Part shown: positions 39,493-53,163 of the stretch, one piece after another
How positions within the stretch are numbered: position 1 is the stretch's first letter
Layout of the letters: the number at the start of each line of letters is the position of its first letter
From: Trichoplax adhaerens
Lineage: Eukaryota > Animalia > Placozoa
Length of the DNA: 64,000 nt
Assembly (NCBI RefSeq): GCF_000150275.1
Contig: NW_002060955.1
Coordinates: 1,566,732-1,630,731, forward strand
Direction of reading: 5' to 3'
The notes under the pieces: model-generated
Told to the model about the DNA's origin: nothing
What the model saw: the letters and a program-made list of their open reading frames with translations, nothing else
Database searches by the model: none
Made by a program: the position numbers and the translations under genes

Positions 39493-42400
39493 ATGGATGA
39501 TTTCATTACTGCTGTCCGAGAAGGAAACACCCAGCGTATCCATGATTTTCTCGAAAAATGGGATGGCAGTATCAATGACAGGTAATAAAATACCCATCGA
39601 CGACAAGGTATTCTAGCTAGGATGAATAATCCAGTCTAATATAATGATGTCACTTCAATTAACTCGAGTGGACGGATTGCCGTTTTCCTTCATGTTATCA
39701 TCTCCCTAAAGATTGATTTCCAGGTTGAATTTCGACACTTTCCTCCGGCCGAATATGTTGTTTCAGCGTTGCAATGATTACTCTATTCTGTATGCAGATG
39801 TAGTGTAGGGACACTTTAATAGTTCTTCATAAGATTGATGAGAATTTTGTATTTCTGTAAGCACATGCAGTATAGGGACACTTTAATAGGTTTCAACAAG
39901 AGTGATGAGGATTGCTGTCAAATTGATAATGTTTAATATTGATAAACTGTGAATTTCATCATCATATCAATGCTGTACGCGCTCACTCGATTCCTACTTG
40001 CTCATGACTGTTTACCCCGATTGTGTAAGAGTTTTCATTATCAATTCAGCTGTTAAAATTGACCATTTCAATACTATACGTAAAACACTTTCTAAGCTTG
40101 CCGTTTGACATACATTAATGCTAAATATCAATACAATTGTAACCAACAATTTCCAAATAAGATTATTCAAGCACACGTTATTAATAATTAATGACGGATA
40201 TCGAAATTCTAATCAGGAACCAACGCTCATATTCTCATAACGGATAGGAACAGCAATTTCCAAAGTAGGATCAACACAGGTTTACTGTACAATGTCCATA
40301 CTAATAGGACTGATAGAAATCAATTAAAATCATTCCCACCTCCCCATAACATTCAAATAATAATAATGTTCATCAGCAATTTCCAAACAGGATTTTATCC
40401 AGACTACATGCCAACTTTTGCTGATAAAATTTCAATTAAGCATGCCAGTATTTTCCAATAATAATTTGGAAGCAAATATTTATCTAAAAGCATTGTTGAA
40501 ATACGTACCACTTGTACCCCTAGTCTCTCATCATTACAATCAAATTGTATTTACCGCTAAATTTTTATTTTTACACAAGGTTATACCTGTGGAAGTTCAT
40601 GCAGACTGAGCTAATAGACATTACTATTTCGGTTTACGCTCTCCTATCAAACGTCTAGAGAATATCGACCATTAATTACCAAGTAGGATTATACGCTATA
40701 TCGTAATTTCAGTTTACAATACCCATATTCCCTATCGAAGCATTTGTCAGGATATCTACCATCAATTTTCAGGCAGAATTATACTGTACGGTATGTCATA
40801 ATTTCAGTTCCTAATGCCCATATTCTTCCATCCAATCATCATGAAAATCTCTGTGATTATACGGTACATCATAAATTTAGTTTAGATTAGAACACCCACA
40901 CCAGCGTATTCTCATTTAAACATGATGACAATAGCTACCACCGATTTCTGAACGGAATGATACCTTCAGAAATACGCCATCCACATTATATTCTCTAGTG
41001 AATTTCTACTAGTACAGAAAGTACAATGATTTGCTATCGAATAAACTAGAATCTTAAGCTATTGACTTTGCATGCTGCAATATACGGCAAAAATGTCATG
41101 CCTCTTATCCAATCATTTCTAGTACAGCAGTAGTAAAAAAGTGTATGTATACTACAACAGCATGTTATCTAAGCCATCGGCCACAACATGACCTTCCTAT
41201 CAGTAGGCATGTATCGAATTAGATTTGGTTATATAATCCAACTTGAAATGCTAACTTGGATTTGAACGTTTGCTTCATAATAGTGAGGAACATGGATTTA
41301 CTGCCTTACACTGGGCTGCTAAAGATGGGCGAGAAACTGTTGTCGATCTACTCATTGCTCGAGGTGCCAATGTCCATAGTACCAACATGGGCGAGGATAC
41401 TCCATTACATTTGGCTGCAAGTTGTGGCCACTTGGTTATTATTCAAAAGGCAAGAGGAAAATCATGTAGACAACATCATTTATTATTCTTTTCAGTAAAC
41501 ATAATTCTTATAAATCTACATATAAATACTAGTGAGGGTATTACAGTTGATCTAGTCTTGCTATCACTCTATTTTTTATATTTAATGATAGTAATATACT
41601 GTACTAAGCCATCAATTACATTGACAGCTAATCAGAAATAGGGCTAGTGTTAATGCAGTCAACGAACATGGAAATACTCCTTTACATTATGCAACTTTCT
41701 GGGCCTATAGAAATGTTGTTCGGGTAAGTCTGGACATGACTGCATCACTTTTATTGTCAAATTGGAACCTTAAACCATATAATTTCTATGCAATAGTATG
41801 AAATAGTAGACTCAGATGAAATATGTCGTAATTTAAATAAAATTAGGAATTGTTAAATCAAGGCGCTGTTGCTGCTCAAGCTAACAAATATGGGAAAACA
41901 CCAATCGACTTTGCGTACGGTGAACTAAAACAAGAATTGAAATGTAAGACTTAAGTGATCGCTTACCAATTTTCTTGGATCTTTTCGTAGTTCACAATAG
42001 TTTAATGTATCTCGTTTCTAATTGTTCTGCTAACATCTTGGATACGCGTATAACCTTACAATCAATAATTTATAATTGGATAAATTCAATTTAGCTCATG
42101 CAAAGTCTTTGAAGCAACCTCTGTCTCCTAAACCTTATGTTGGTTAGTAGAAGTTTGTATTAAGTTTAGTTTCTTGATGTACAGTACTAAGATTGTCTAT
42201 GTAAAAAATACCGCAGTCGAATGAAGGAAATCAAACTGATCATACCTACTATTGTATAATGATTGCTTGTGTACGTTTCAGCTACCACCTTGAATAAGAC
42301 AGCAACAGGAACAACTTCAAGAACCACTGGTAAAAGGAATTAAAAACTCTATACCTACAACTAGTGGCATTATTATGATATAGTACTAATGCAACCTCAA

Positions 42401-44186
42401 TCTTGTAATAAAATATTTACAGACTATGATATTATTTTGTATTAGCATCAACTTTAACCAACAAAATACACAAACCTTGGGTTGCTGGTTCGGAAATTTT
42501 GCTATCTGAAGTATTATTTGATAGTCCATTAGGCGAGGTATGCGTAAGATATACATAATTATTTTTATGCAGCATTTTAAAGGGTGTAAACCGGTGTTGT
42601 ACCGGATTACTGGTGTAAACAATAAATATCATTATGCTTAATTTATCGTTATTAAAATGACTTGTTATAATTTTCTAAATTGCCTTAGTCAGTTTTTGTC
42701 TGATGTATTAGTAAGATCTACTCCTATATTATTAGCAATCGCTTCTAACTATGTTTCCAATACATTCTGAACTTTGATCAGTTATGGACAGGAAGTTGGT
42801 CTCAAGTTGAAATAGTTGCAAGAAGATACATCGTCGGAGATATATCCAATAAAATGATACGAGAAATTCCAGAAGAAATAGCAAAGCTAAAGTATCTGAT
42901 AAGTTATTTAATTGCTAATTGAGCTACCGGACTTTGCTAAGCTGACTTACACCTTTACTAAATTTTTATGGCTATAGATCCTCTTTTCATCCAAACGTCC
43001 AACCCATTCTTGGTATTTGTCAGCAAGCTCCTTCTATATTCGTACTGAGTGAATATATGCCACATGGATCATTGTTTAATGTATTACATCAATCAACGGG
43101 TTAATACTTCATATTAATACACTTACACAATGTTATGTACATCTATTTCACTACTAACAGGAGTAGCAAATATCAACTTTTACATGCATTTCTTTCTACC
43201 GCTTTGATCGTTAAATGTACTCTGTCGCCGTTTGAGTTACTAATAATTATGACAATAAGACTAGTCGATATAGTCCTGTAGTTTTTTCGTGTCGATTCAA
43301 TCATCGGAAATGAATAGTAACTTATTGCATGATATGGGTATACCATTACAGACATAGAAGTAGACACAGCTCAAGCCCTAAAATTTGCTACTGATATTGC
43401 AAGGGGAATGGCGTATGTGCACGGAATCAAGCCAAATTTACCAAGGCTAAACTTATCCCCTAGGCATATTCTGGTATTGATAAGATTCGTTTCGCATTTG
43501 TTTTACATGTATTTCGTGCAATGAAAACTGTAATTATGCGTTTTTCTTTCTCCTCTGAATCTTAATCCAGATCAGCTCGGATCTTACTGCTAAAATTAGT
43601 TTATCAGATATAAAATTTTCATTTTTGGTTAATGAAAAAATTTACTATCCTCATTGGATATCACCTGAAGGTATATCCAGCAATTTCCAAAAGATTTTTG
43701 GTTAATTTTTGCTACCTTTAGGTTTATAGCTGTGTCATTGATTTAACGTTGAATTTTGAATGGACTAATACTGTGTAGCATTACAAGGGGAGTTAGACGA
43801 TGACGCAACCAAATTAGCTGATATGTGGAGCTTCGCTATAATTCTATGGGAATTAGCAACTCAAAAAGTTCCATATGCAGGCTTATCGCCAATGGAAATT
43901 GGATTAAAGGTAACGTAACCAATAAGTAGCGCAAAGACATCTACAATTACATGATTCAAAAATAGATCATCGCAGCGACTACTCATAGAATTCAACAATT
44001 TAATAATTGAACTTCGTATAACGTTTGTCTTTCTTAATCTTAAAGATTGCTTTAGAACACATGCAACCACGAATACCTTCAAGTATGTCAACCCACATAT
44101 CTAAGCTAATAAAAATTTGTTGGAACGTTGATCCAGTTAAAAGACCACGATTTGATATGATTATACCAATTTTAGAAAAAATGTAA
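39493..44186 (+). CDS. ILK: Integrin-linked (pseudo)kinase; exons 39493-39581, 41284-41449, 41628-41723, 41847-41943, 42095-42142, 42282-42329, 42446-42537, 42782-42891, 42978-43099, 43352-43473, 43571-43670, 43779-43909, 44046-44186
   Basis: [12 protein letters not shown] start; ankyrin repeats [41 protein letters not shown]; kinase-like domain with [25 protein letters not shown] and ending [14 protein letters not shown]. Phases are consistent. The two 48-bp linker exons are the least certain. Confidence 0.95.
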
Positions 44187-45285
44187 ATGATTTTTATGTT
44201 CATTGCAATTTATAACGAACTACATTATTATCCATCATAACTATCGCTTTATGACTGGTGTAGTGTAAAATTTCATCCAATTTCAATTGATTCTGTCTAA
44301 TTCTATTTGCAAATTCTTACCGTGATGTATTGTAAATTGACGCACTTTTTCAGATATAAATTACCGTAATTATTACTAATCCATTTCATAGTATTGGCTT
44401 ATCGAATTACAGTACATATAATAATCAGTTAATCAATTGATTATTGCAATAAAATAAAACACTTTCAAAAAAGTGTTATTTGTAATTAAATTTTTATTAC
44501 AAATCAGTAAACTAATCATCGAGGACTTAAGTATTATTGTTATTCCTACGTAGGTATACTGTATTTCGTTAATAATTATACGCTGAAACCGTTGCAGATA
44601 CGTGGCGGATATCAGGCTACATCAACTATTTAAAAATAAAATTTAAATAACTGAAACAAAATAAGAAGTTGTACAATTAATTTGCAATTATAATTCATAT
44701 CGCTCTACTAAAATAGTTGGTTGGTTGTTGTATAATCGTACTTTCACCTACGTTCTCAGACAATGGAATACGGGTATAATATAATATGTACTGTATGCCA
44801 CTGAATAGACATCGACATAAGGTTTTCCACTACAAATATATTCACGAAGTTGGAAGTAATCCAAGAATATAAACTAAATCACATTACTGCATACAACAAG
44901 CACATTAAATTCGTATTTGAGTACGCAATAAACGAAAGCGTATGATTACAAATTTCATTCGTAGAACAACTGATTTTTAGGATAGACGTACACAATGTAA
45001 TGATTATGATGATGCCTTACATTTTTGACAAGTTTGAGTAATTTCTTCTCTATACTGTACTTAACAATCGATAAGACTACATTAATACGGATAATATACA
45101 TATGAGCAAATTACCAGTCTTTTGGACAATACCGCGACTGGAATAGGCGTTTTGTAAACAGTAAAGTTAAATTTCTGTGCTATCGAATGACGAGGTAAAG
45201 CTACTATAACATTATATTACATGAATAGTATATGTTTGATATTTGGGACTACAGGCCCTTGAATGTAGGTAGTCAACATTGAAAT

Positions 45286-48200
45286 TTAATGTTTCTTCTT
45301 CGTACAGGGAAAACTGAAACCACCGCACGCACCAACAAAGATGAAAAAGATGACCAGCTAGCCAAGAAAATCAAGAATACCGCGTATTAAAATCTATCGA
45401 AGACATAGTGCTAGACCACTTTAGTAAGACACTGCTCGCATTGGATACTAAGTAATGTTACACTCAAAATTTGGCAATCATACAAAAGAGTATGTTATAA
45501 TTATACATACCAGTACAATAACGACCAAAAATATTGTACACTTGGCATTCTTCATACACATGGCGCGAGATAACTTTTTGCTCGACTTCTTAAAAGTCAA
45601 AGACTGTCATAAGAGTAAACGATTGTAATCAGGTAGCGTTCCAGCAATTAAAATTCTTAGGCACAATATTCCGCAAGTTTTGCTGTTAGTCGTTGCAATG
45701 TAACAGTACTAATTGTAATAACTGAATAAAATGAAAATATTAATAGAATTACCGTCTGCTCTAAATCTTCAGTCTTATCTACCAATAAATCCAATTTCTC
45801 TCCACGCGTTGCTATGCTTTCTGTAATAACCGAAATTTTTCATTTAATTTTGATGATAGTTTATAACTATAATTAATTTAATTTTAACGATACTGCTAAG
45901 GCTGTATTACAGATTCTATAAACAACTGCATTTTATTATTACGTAATCAGAACAAATTGCAAAAAACATGCAAGCAATGCGCATTATAAAAAGAGAGTAG
46001 ATTTAGAAGATGAATCGCTGCGAATACAGTTGAAATTAACAATGCACTTCTTTTAAGGTAAAATTAAACTGTAAGGGGTAAAAGCTTGTTACAGTGAGCT
46101 ATCTAAAACGTCTGATAACCGCTAAAAAGTGTAATACGTGGTGTCGCATTGATAAACCCCAAGTTATGTCATTATTACCAATGTTTCTGACCATTATTCC
46201 TTTAAGCTCGTCTAGATCTTCCGAGACCTTATTAATCTTATTGTTGTCACTCAATCCTTCGGAATGTCGACTCTATTAAAGAAGAAAATTAGTGATGCAA
46301 TATTAAAATTAGTGGCAAGTGAATAACAATTGAAATATGACGCCATACTATCACTTACCATTTCCGATGACAAAATAATAGAAAATTCACTATTAAGTGA
46401 ATATGGGACAGCAGTTTGAGCGACAGTACGATAAAGACCTAAAAACCTGTAGCGATAGAAAAGGATGACTATGTCAACGTACAAGCAACACACTTTTTCT
46501 CTATGACTTTGCTAAAACGCGACATGTAGCTAGAAGAGATAGTTGATTTCGTCGTTTGTGTATAAACGGTTAATATATCAAGATATTTTCATTCATTTAC
46601 AGTACTAATTTAATTTGAACTTTTGATCACTAGAGATACTTTGGTGAGCAAGTCGTTTTGCTAGTATGCCCGTAATTTAAATTTTGGCAGACTATCTTAT
46701 CTTGCATTAGCAGCATAAGCAAATCATATCGATGGAGACAACGTGTGGGCTATTAAACTTAAAAAGCAACTTTGCTTGCATAATATACTGTTACTTTTGT
46801 GGACGTTACAACTATCCAAGGCGTAATAGAGAGTATACACTTTGATTGTTGTAAATCTCCGTAATCAAAATCAATCTTAGCAACGAGCTATTGACTATAA
46901 TTCAGTAAGATTATAAAATTACATGTATCAACATTGCCCAATACACGTTATCGCTTACAATTAAACCATGTTGCATGTCAAATCTACATAAATTGTATAC
47001 TATTTGTTGGTATAGACCTTCTTTTGATATCCGTTAAGAATTGGAAGGCAATTGATCGTTCAAAATCCTATATAGAAATAAAGTACGAATAGGAGGTTAT
47101 CGATTTCAATCCAGAGAACGGTAAGCAATAGGTGGAGAATGCAACTTACCTTATCGGTGATGCATAAGTAAACGATGCTATTTTCCTGGATGTAATGGAA
47201 TAGGTAACTATAAAAAGAATAAATTTATTTTTAAACGTTTATGTCTATCATCCTATACCGCAGTATTTTCGGTATCGAAAATGGGCAAGTGCTGTATGAT
47301 TAAAGGAATATTAAAAAAACTACCGATACAAATTTATGGCGAAATGATTAAAAGTACCGCATCTATTCAAAAAAGCTACTACTTATTTTGGCATAGTTTA
47401 GACAGCATGCACTCCATTGTACAGCAAATTATAAATTGAGAAGTTTATTAAGGGGGATGATGGCAGTGAATTGATAGTTGTAAAGAAAAATAGCAAATTA
47501 TATTATGCATACTTGCATAATACTGTACATATAAAACAAGATTAATTACTACTGATTGAAATTTTTGTGGTGGATTTCAACTTCCTAAATAATTAACAGA
47601 CTTTAGTTTTTGTTACCAAGAAAATTGCATAAGATACTATTTCCAGAACGTTACGATTATTTTTCACAAACAAGAGAATAACAACAAATTGGGACAATAT
47701 CTATCATCATAAACTATTCCTAATATGGAGATGAAATATTTATCTCGTCGGTTATACGGGATGAAGACTGTCATTCTTTCAAGTCCGTCTAGTAAATGTG
47801 TCCTAGCTACCTTTGCGTATAGCAAACACCTCCACCGAACACCTCTCATCAATCTGTAACGGTGGACTAATGAATCATGAGATACGTAAAAAGTTGATCG
47901 TTTCTGATAAGTCCTCTCTACGTCCAAATTGAATAATTGTACGACTAGCGTATCGATGATAACTGTAAACGAAAATAGTCCTTTTAATTGCCTTGATTGG
48001 TTAATGATTGCCATCGTTACAGTCAATATTGAGAACCGCTGAAATGTGATACGGTTCATTTTAAAGACAGCCATAGCATAAAGCTGCTGATTGGAGAAAT
48101 TTTTGATTTATGTTGGGGCAATCGTACGTCATGAGCGTCTAAAGTAGTCGGTCACTCTAGTCTCAATCTCGCATGGTACAATATACGAATTAATGCTAAA

Positions 48201-49617
48201 GAAATAAACTAGATCAACAATTGGCTAACAGCGCAATTTTCTAGCTCAATGGAGTTGTTGGATGGAGATAATATTTTCACTCTTGCTGATGAATGATAAA
48301 ACGACGGAAAGAATGAATATTATGTAATAATCTGCAGTTAGTTAGATGGAAAGTCGAGTCTTGGTTTCAGGCCTAAAGGGTGCAAAATATAATACGTGTA
48401 TAATTCATTAAGATAAGAATGACTGGATAAAAGCATCAAGAGCTTTTTGTACTCAGGCTGATAGGTTGAAATGATACTATAGTAACATTGATTAATTTTA
48501 AGACTATTCAAAAAAATTTTTGAATCGAGATGATTCTTCAACTCTAACTCGTAAACTCATGACAAGTTGAAAATTTAGCCTCCGCTGCGCGAGAATGTGA
48601 AGACGTATTGTACACCGACTTTTAGAAAGTTGAAATGATACTATAGTAACATGATTAGAAGACGATTACTAGAAATATTGGATGGATCGAGATGATTCTT
48701 AAATTATGCTTCAATTCTCACTGATGCATTTATGGCAGGGCAAGGTAAGAATTTGGCTCTCAATCAAAAGTCAAGTCTGTGCTATCAGACTACGTGACGG
48801 CTAAATTAATCCATTCTGACTAGTCTGCACTCCATGACTAGAGAAATGTTCAATGTCGTTGATAGGATATAACACAGCCAATTGACGGTTATGTAATTTA
48901 TGTGCGTAAAGTTAGGGTATCAAGCTAAAATTTGAACTCTGGTGATGACTAAGAATGAATAAAGTCATGAAAGAGCGACTGTTGTGGAATTTATTTCTGC
49001 TCTACCGTACTGTCGATGAATGGTGTCTACGGCTATCCAGTTCATTCTCAATCAAGTCTTGGCTATATTAGGCAAAATGGCCGTCCACAAAGTACGATAA
49101 GGATCTTTTTCAAGCACACTCTAATTCATTTTATATCCTACTGTCACAAGATTGAAATGATAGCATAGTCAATTGATTGCAAACCCATGTTGGCAGTCGT
49201 TATGGAGATCTTGTTGACTGACAATTTGAAACAATTTACATCCAGCATGATTATTGATTTTTATCATCATCATGATCCCATCATGACTGCTTAACCACCA
49301 TGCAATCTACTTTCGATCCATCATGGAACATGAAGCACTTTATTTTGTTCTTCCTCCACGATAGAAAGATTGGCAAGTCATTATTTTATCCTACAATTCT
49401 TGCTGGTCTACTGTAGATTGATAGGACCATCAATAAAATGAATTCATTCTTTATCCACTTGCAATACTTACTCATCATGGGAATAGGTCAATTTACTATC
49501 GTTGGATGGCAACTTGGCTAATATTTGATCGCTGACTTGGGTAAAGTTACCACTACAACTTGCATAATGAGCCAATACAGTCGAACCTCGAGCAACCAAG
49601 CTAAATAGGATGGTCAT
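45286..49617 (-). CDS. VAMP7: Longin R-SNARE VAMP7; exons 49617-49472, 47207-47150, 47067-47018, 46446-46359, 46272-46179, 45820-45753, 45603-45511, 45357-45286
   Basis: MTILFSLVARGSTVLA..GNF..KLTYSH, YLFHYI..IVYLCITD, DFERSIAF, AQTAVPYSLNSEFS, LDELKGIMVRNI..RGEKLDLLVDKTE, RAMCMKN, TM segment and CGGF tail. GT-AG introns in compatible phases. Confidence 0.95.
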
Positions 49618-50062
49618 TCTTTCTGTCTATTTTACCAATGGCTAATGGATAAAACAAGAAGAATAGTAAGAGAAGAAGAAGAAGAAAATGTTGCACCAAA
49701 TCAACAGCAACTGGATGGAAATGGATCGTCTACCGCGGGCCTTTTTAGCTGTCCAAAAATCAAATAGCAATCGCCGGTTTGTCCTAGTCGAGAGAGAGAG
49801 AGATAGTACTGGAACAGTAGTTGGAATCGAATACTGTAACCTATAATGGGTGGATAGCGGACAAGATAAATAAAAAAAAAAATGGAGAAGAATATTCCAC
49901 TGGTTGATGGTTTAATGCAAGACTGCCTACAAGCTATTTGACTCCTTTCCTAAGCAATGTTTCAGTACCATCATTGACGAAGCCGAAAAAAATGGATGCC
50001 ATCGACTGCTCGTAGGGGATTTTGGAGTCTAACGCTGTATGTTCATTTGTAGAAGTTTTCTT

Positions 50063-50370
50063 GGATCAACAGTAATATCTGACTCCTACCATTTTTGTAG
50101 ACTTTTTATAGTATTATTCAAGTGTTGATACTATGAGAGTAGAAATTTGTCGCCATTGACAATCAAAATGGAAAGTTAATGAAAATTACTTGTCCAAAGC
50201 TCATTGAATGGTCACTTTTCTACTTCCTGTACACTGTACAGTACTGTAGTGATAGAGCAGACATCAGTAATAGTAAGAGCTGGATCGTAAAGGCACATTA
50301 CCTACTGCTTTGCTACAATCTTGACTTCAAGACTATAAAAACTGTAAGAGTCGGATATTACTGTTGATCC
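50063..50370. mobile_element. MITE, 308 bp, GG termini, 8-bp TSD (Merlin- or Mutator-like)
   Basis: TIR GGATCAACAGTAATATC / GATATTACTGTTGATCC extending imperfectly to ~45 bp. TSD GTTTTCTT at 50055-50062 and 50371-50378. Confidence 0.88.
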
Positions 50371-50733
50371 GTTTTCTTTTACCTCCATGTCGATTTTAAC
50401 TTTGACGGTGAATGATCGTCGTTCACACGGATAGTGATTCCTACTAGTTGAGTTACAGTCGTGATGACAATGAAAAACTGCTAAGAATGGAGTTGGAGGA
50501 ATTGGAAGAGAAAATGCTTCAGTAGGAAAGGCTTATGCCTTATTCAACTGCTCAATTAGGCATGGGATTCCAAAGCTGTACACTCAAGATTTGATTGACA
50601 ACATTGCAGGCAATAGTAGTGATTCATAAGTTGAGTTAGCGTATTGATGACGATGCAAGACAGCTGATGTTGTTGTAGGAATTGAAAAAGAAAATGCTGA
50701 AGTAGAAATACTTGTGCCTTATAGATTGCTTAA

Positions 50734-52390
50734 GGGTTAAGCATGGAGTTGCAAGACCGCACTGTATGTGTAAGTCTGCTCAGATGCAAGACAGCTAAGG
50801 TAGTCGTAGGGATTGAAAGAGAAAAAGATTTATGCCTTAGGCTGCTCAATTCAGCATGCAGTTGCAAAGGCCGCACTGTATGCATAGTGGAAGTCTGCTC
50901 AGATGCAAGACAGCTAAGGTAGTCGTAGGGATTGAAAGAGAAAATGCTAAAGTGGAAAAAGGCTTGCGCCCTAGACTGCTCAATTAATGAAGCTCAAACA
51001 ACATTACTTTACACATTTAATGCGTCGAATGGATTTAGAAAAAAGTTTTCAAGATTTCACTAAATACAATCCGTATTGAATAACTGGCGTTGTTCCACTT
51101 TGCCATGCAGCCTTGGAGTTGCACGCTGAATTGGGCGGTCTTCGGCACAAGCCATTTTTCAACTTCACTAGTTTCTCTTTCAATCCCTACGACTACATTA
51201 GCTGTCTTGCATCGTCATGCACACTGTAAAATACTCAACTTATGAATCATTATTACAGTACAGGAACTGTGAGCACTAGAGCAGACTTACAGTATGTGCT
51301 GTATATAGTGCGGCCTTGAAATTGCATGCTGAATTAAGCAGCATGATGCACAAGCCTTTTCGGCTTGAACATTTTCTCTTTCAATCCCTACGACTACTGA
51401 TTAGCTGTCTTGCATCGTCATGCACATTAGCCCTGGCCATTTTGCATCAATTACTTTGTACACTTCGTTTATGCTGTCCTACTGATATATTAGACATGTA
51501 TTGACATATCTAAAAATAAAAATCAAGAAATCGTCCTATCTCACGCGGCTCAAATCAAATTTGTGTCCTGCATCATCCCCGTGCGGGAAATTATTTGGGG
51601 GCTCCGTTTACCTATAGTATGAGAAAGTACTGGAAATGCCCCCACAACTAATTTCTCGCACGGGGATAAGGAAAGGACACAAATTTGATTTGTGCCGCAT
51701 GAGATTTCTTGATTTTTATTTTTAGATATATCAATATACATGTCTAATATATCAGTAGGACAGCTTAAACGAAGAGTACAAAGCAGTTTATGCAAAAAGG
51801 TTAGGGCTAATACACATGTACTGTATATGCTACGGGCAATTATACGGTGCGGCCTTGGAATTGTATGTTGATCTGAGCAGTCAAAGGCACAAGCCTTATT
51901 TCCACTTTAGCATTTTCTCTTTCAATCGTTACGACTACCTTAGCTGTCTTGCATCTGAGCAGACTTACACATACAGTGCGGTCTTGCAACTCCATGCTTA
52001 ATAATTGAGCAGTCTAGGGTCCAAGCCTTTTTCCAGTTTAGCATTTTCTCTTTCAATCGTTACGACTACCTTAGCTGTCTTGCATCTGAGCAGACTTATT
52101 ACACATACTGTACAGTGCGGTCTTGCAACTCCATGCTCAATTGAGCAGTCTAGGGCGCAAGCCTTTTTCCACTTTAGCATTTTCTCTTTCAATCCCTACG
52201 ACTAGCTTAGCTGTCTTGCATCTGAACAGACTTCCACTATGCATACAGTGCGGCCTTTGCAACTGCATGCTGAATTGAGCAGCCTAAGGCATAAATCTTT
52301 TTCTCTTTCAATCCCTACGACTACCTTAGCTGTCTTGCATCTGAGCAGACTTACACATACAGTGCGGTCTTGCAACTCCATGCTTAACCC
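50734..52390. mobile_element. Foldback-like unit 1: opposed arrays of ~120-bp subrepeats around a central segment, bounded by TTAA
   Basis: TTAA-GGGTTAAGCATGG at left and CCATGCTTAACCC-TTAA at right. The subrepeat core GATGCAAGACAGCTAAGGTAGTCGTAGGGATTGAAAGAGAAAA occurs in both orientations. Confidence 0.55.
51426..51811. mobile_element. Almost fully palindromic 386-bp MITE-like element
   Basis: ATTAGCCCT...AGGGCTAAT ends. Arms of ~175 bp pair imperfectly (GCTGTCCTACTGATATATTAGACATGTA, CAAATCAAATTTGTGTCCT, CCCCGTGCG). It interrupts a 120-bp subrepeat. Confidence 0.8.
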
Positions 52391-52751
52391 TTAAGCAATC
52401 TATAAGGCACAAGTATTTCTACTTCAGCATTTTCTTTTTCAATTCCTACAACAACATCAGCTGTCTTGCATCGTCATCAATACGCTAACTCAACTTATGA
52501 ATCACTACTATTGCCTGCAATGTTGTCAATCAAATCTTGAGTGTACAGCTTTGGAATCCCATGCCTAATTGAGCAGTTGAATAAGGCATAAGCCTTTCCT
52601 ACTGAAGCATTTTCTCTTCCAATTCCTCCAACTCCATTCTTAGCAGTTTTTCATTGTCATCACGACTGTAACTCAACTTAGGAATCACTATCCGTGTGAA
52701 CGACGATCATTCACCGTCAAAGTTGAAATCGACATGGAGGTAAAAGAAAAC

Positions 52752-53059
52752 GGATCAACAGTAATATCCGACTCTTACAGTTTTTATAGTCTTGAAGTCA
52801 AGATTGTAGCAAAGCAGTAGGTAATGTGCCTTTACGATCCAGCTCTTACTATTACTGATGTCTGCTCTATCACTACAGTACTGTACAGTGTACAGGAAGT
52901 AGAAAAGTGACCATTCAATAAGCTTTGGACAAGTAATTTTCATTGACTTTCCATTTTGATTGTCAATGGCGACAAATTTCTACTCTCAGAGTATCAACAC
53001 TTGAATAATACTATAAAAAGTCTACAAAAATGGTAGGAGTCAGATATTACTGTTGATCC
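52752..53059. mobile_element. Mirror copy of the 308-bp MITE
   Basis: Same TIRs, TSD AAGAAAAC on both sides, same insertion site as the 50063 copy. Confidence 0.88.
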
Positions 53060-53163
53060 AAGAAAACTTCTACAAACAAACATACAGCGTTAGACTCCAA
53101 AATCCCCTACGAGCAGTCGATGGCATCCATTTTTTTCGGCTTCGTTTCCACCATGTTTTCAAC

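Larger units (their letters stand above)
49977..53145. repeat. Large inverted repeat A: arms 49977-~50985 and ~52139-53145, spacer ~1.15 kb
   Basis: The arms are reverse complements with roughly 8-9 differences seen by eye. Mirrored identical ORF translations at 50179+ and 52943-. Confidence 0.95.

Noticed and set aside
35779-44203. Short ORFs overlapping MRPL27 and ILK
   Set aside because: Antisense shadows or exon read-through into introns.
47664-48074. 136-aa minus-strand ORF
   Set aside because: It lies inside VAMP7 intron 1, has no recognisable domain and is not needed for the VAMP7 model.
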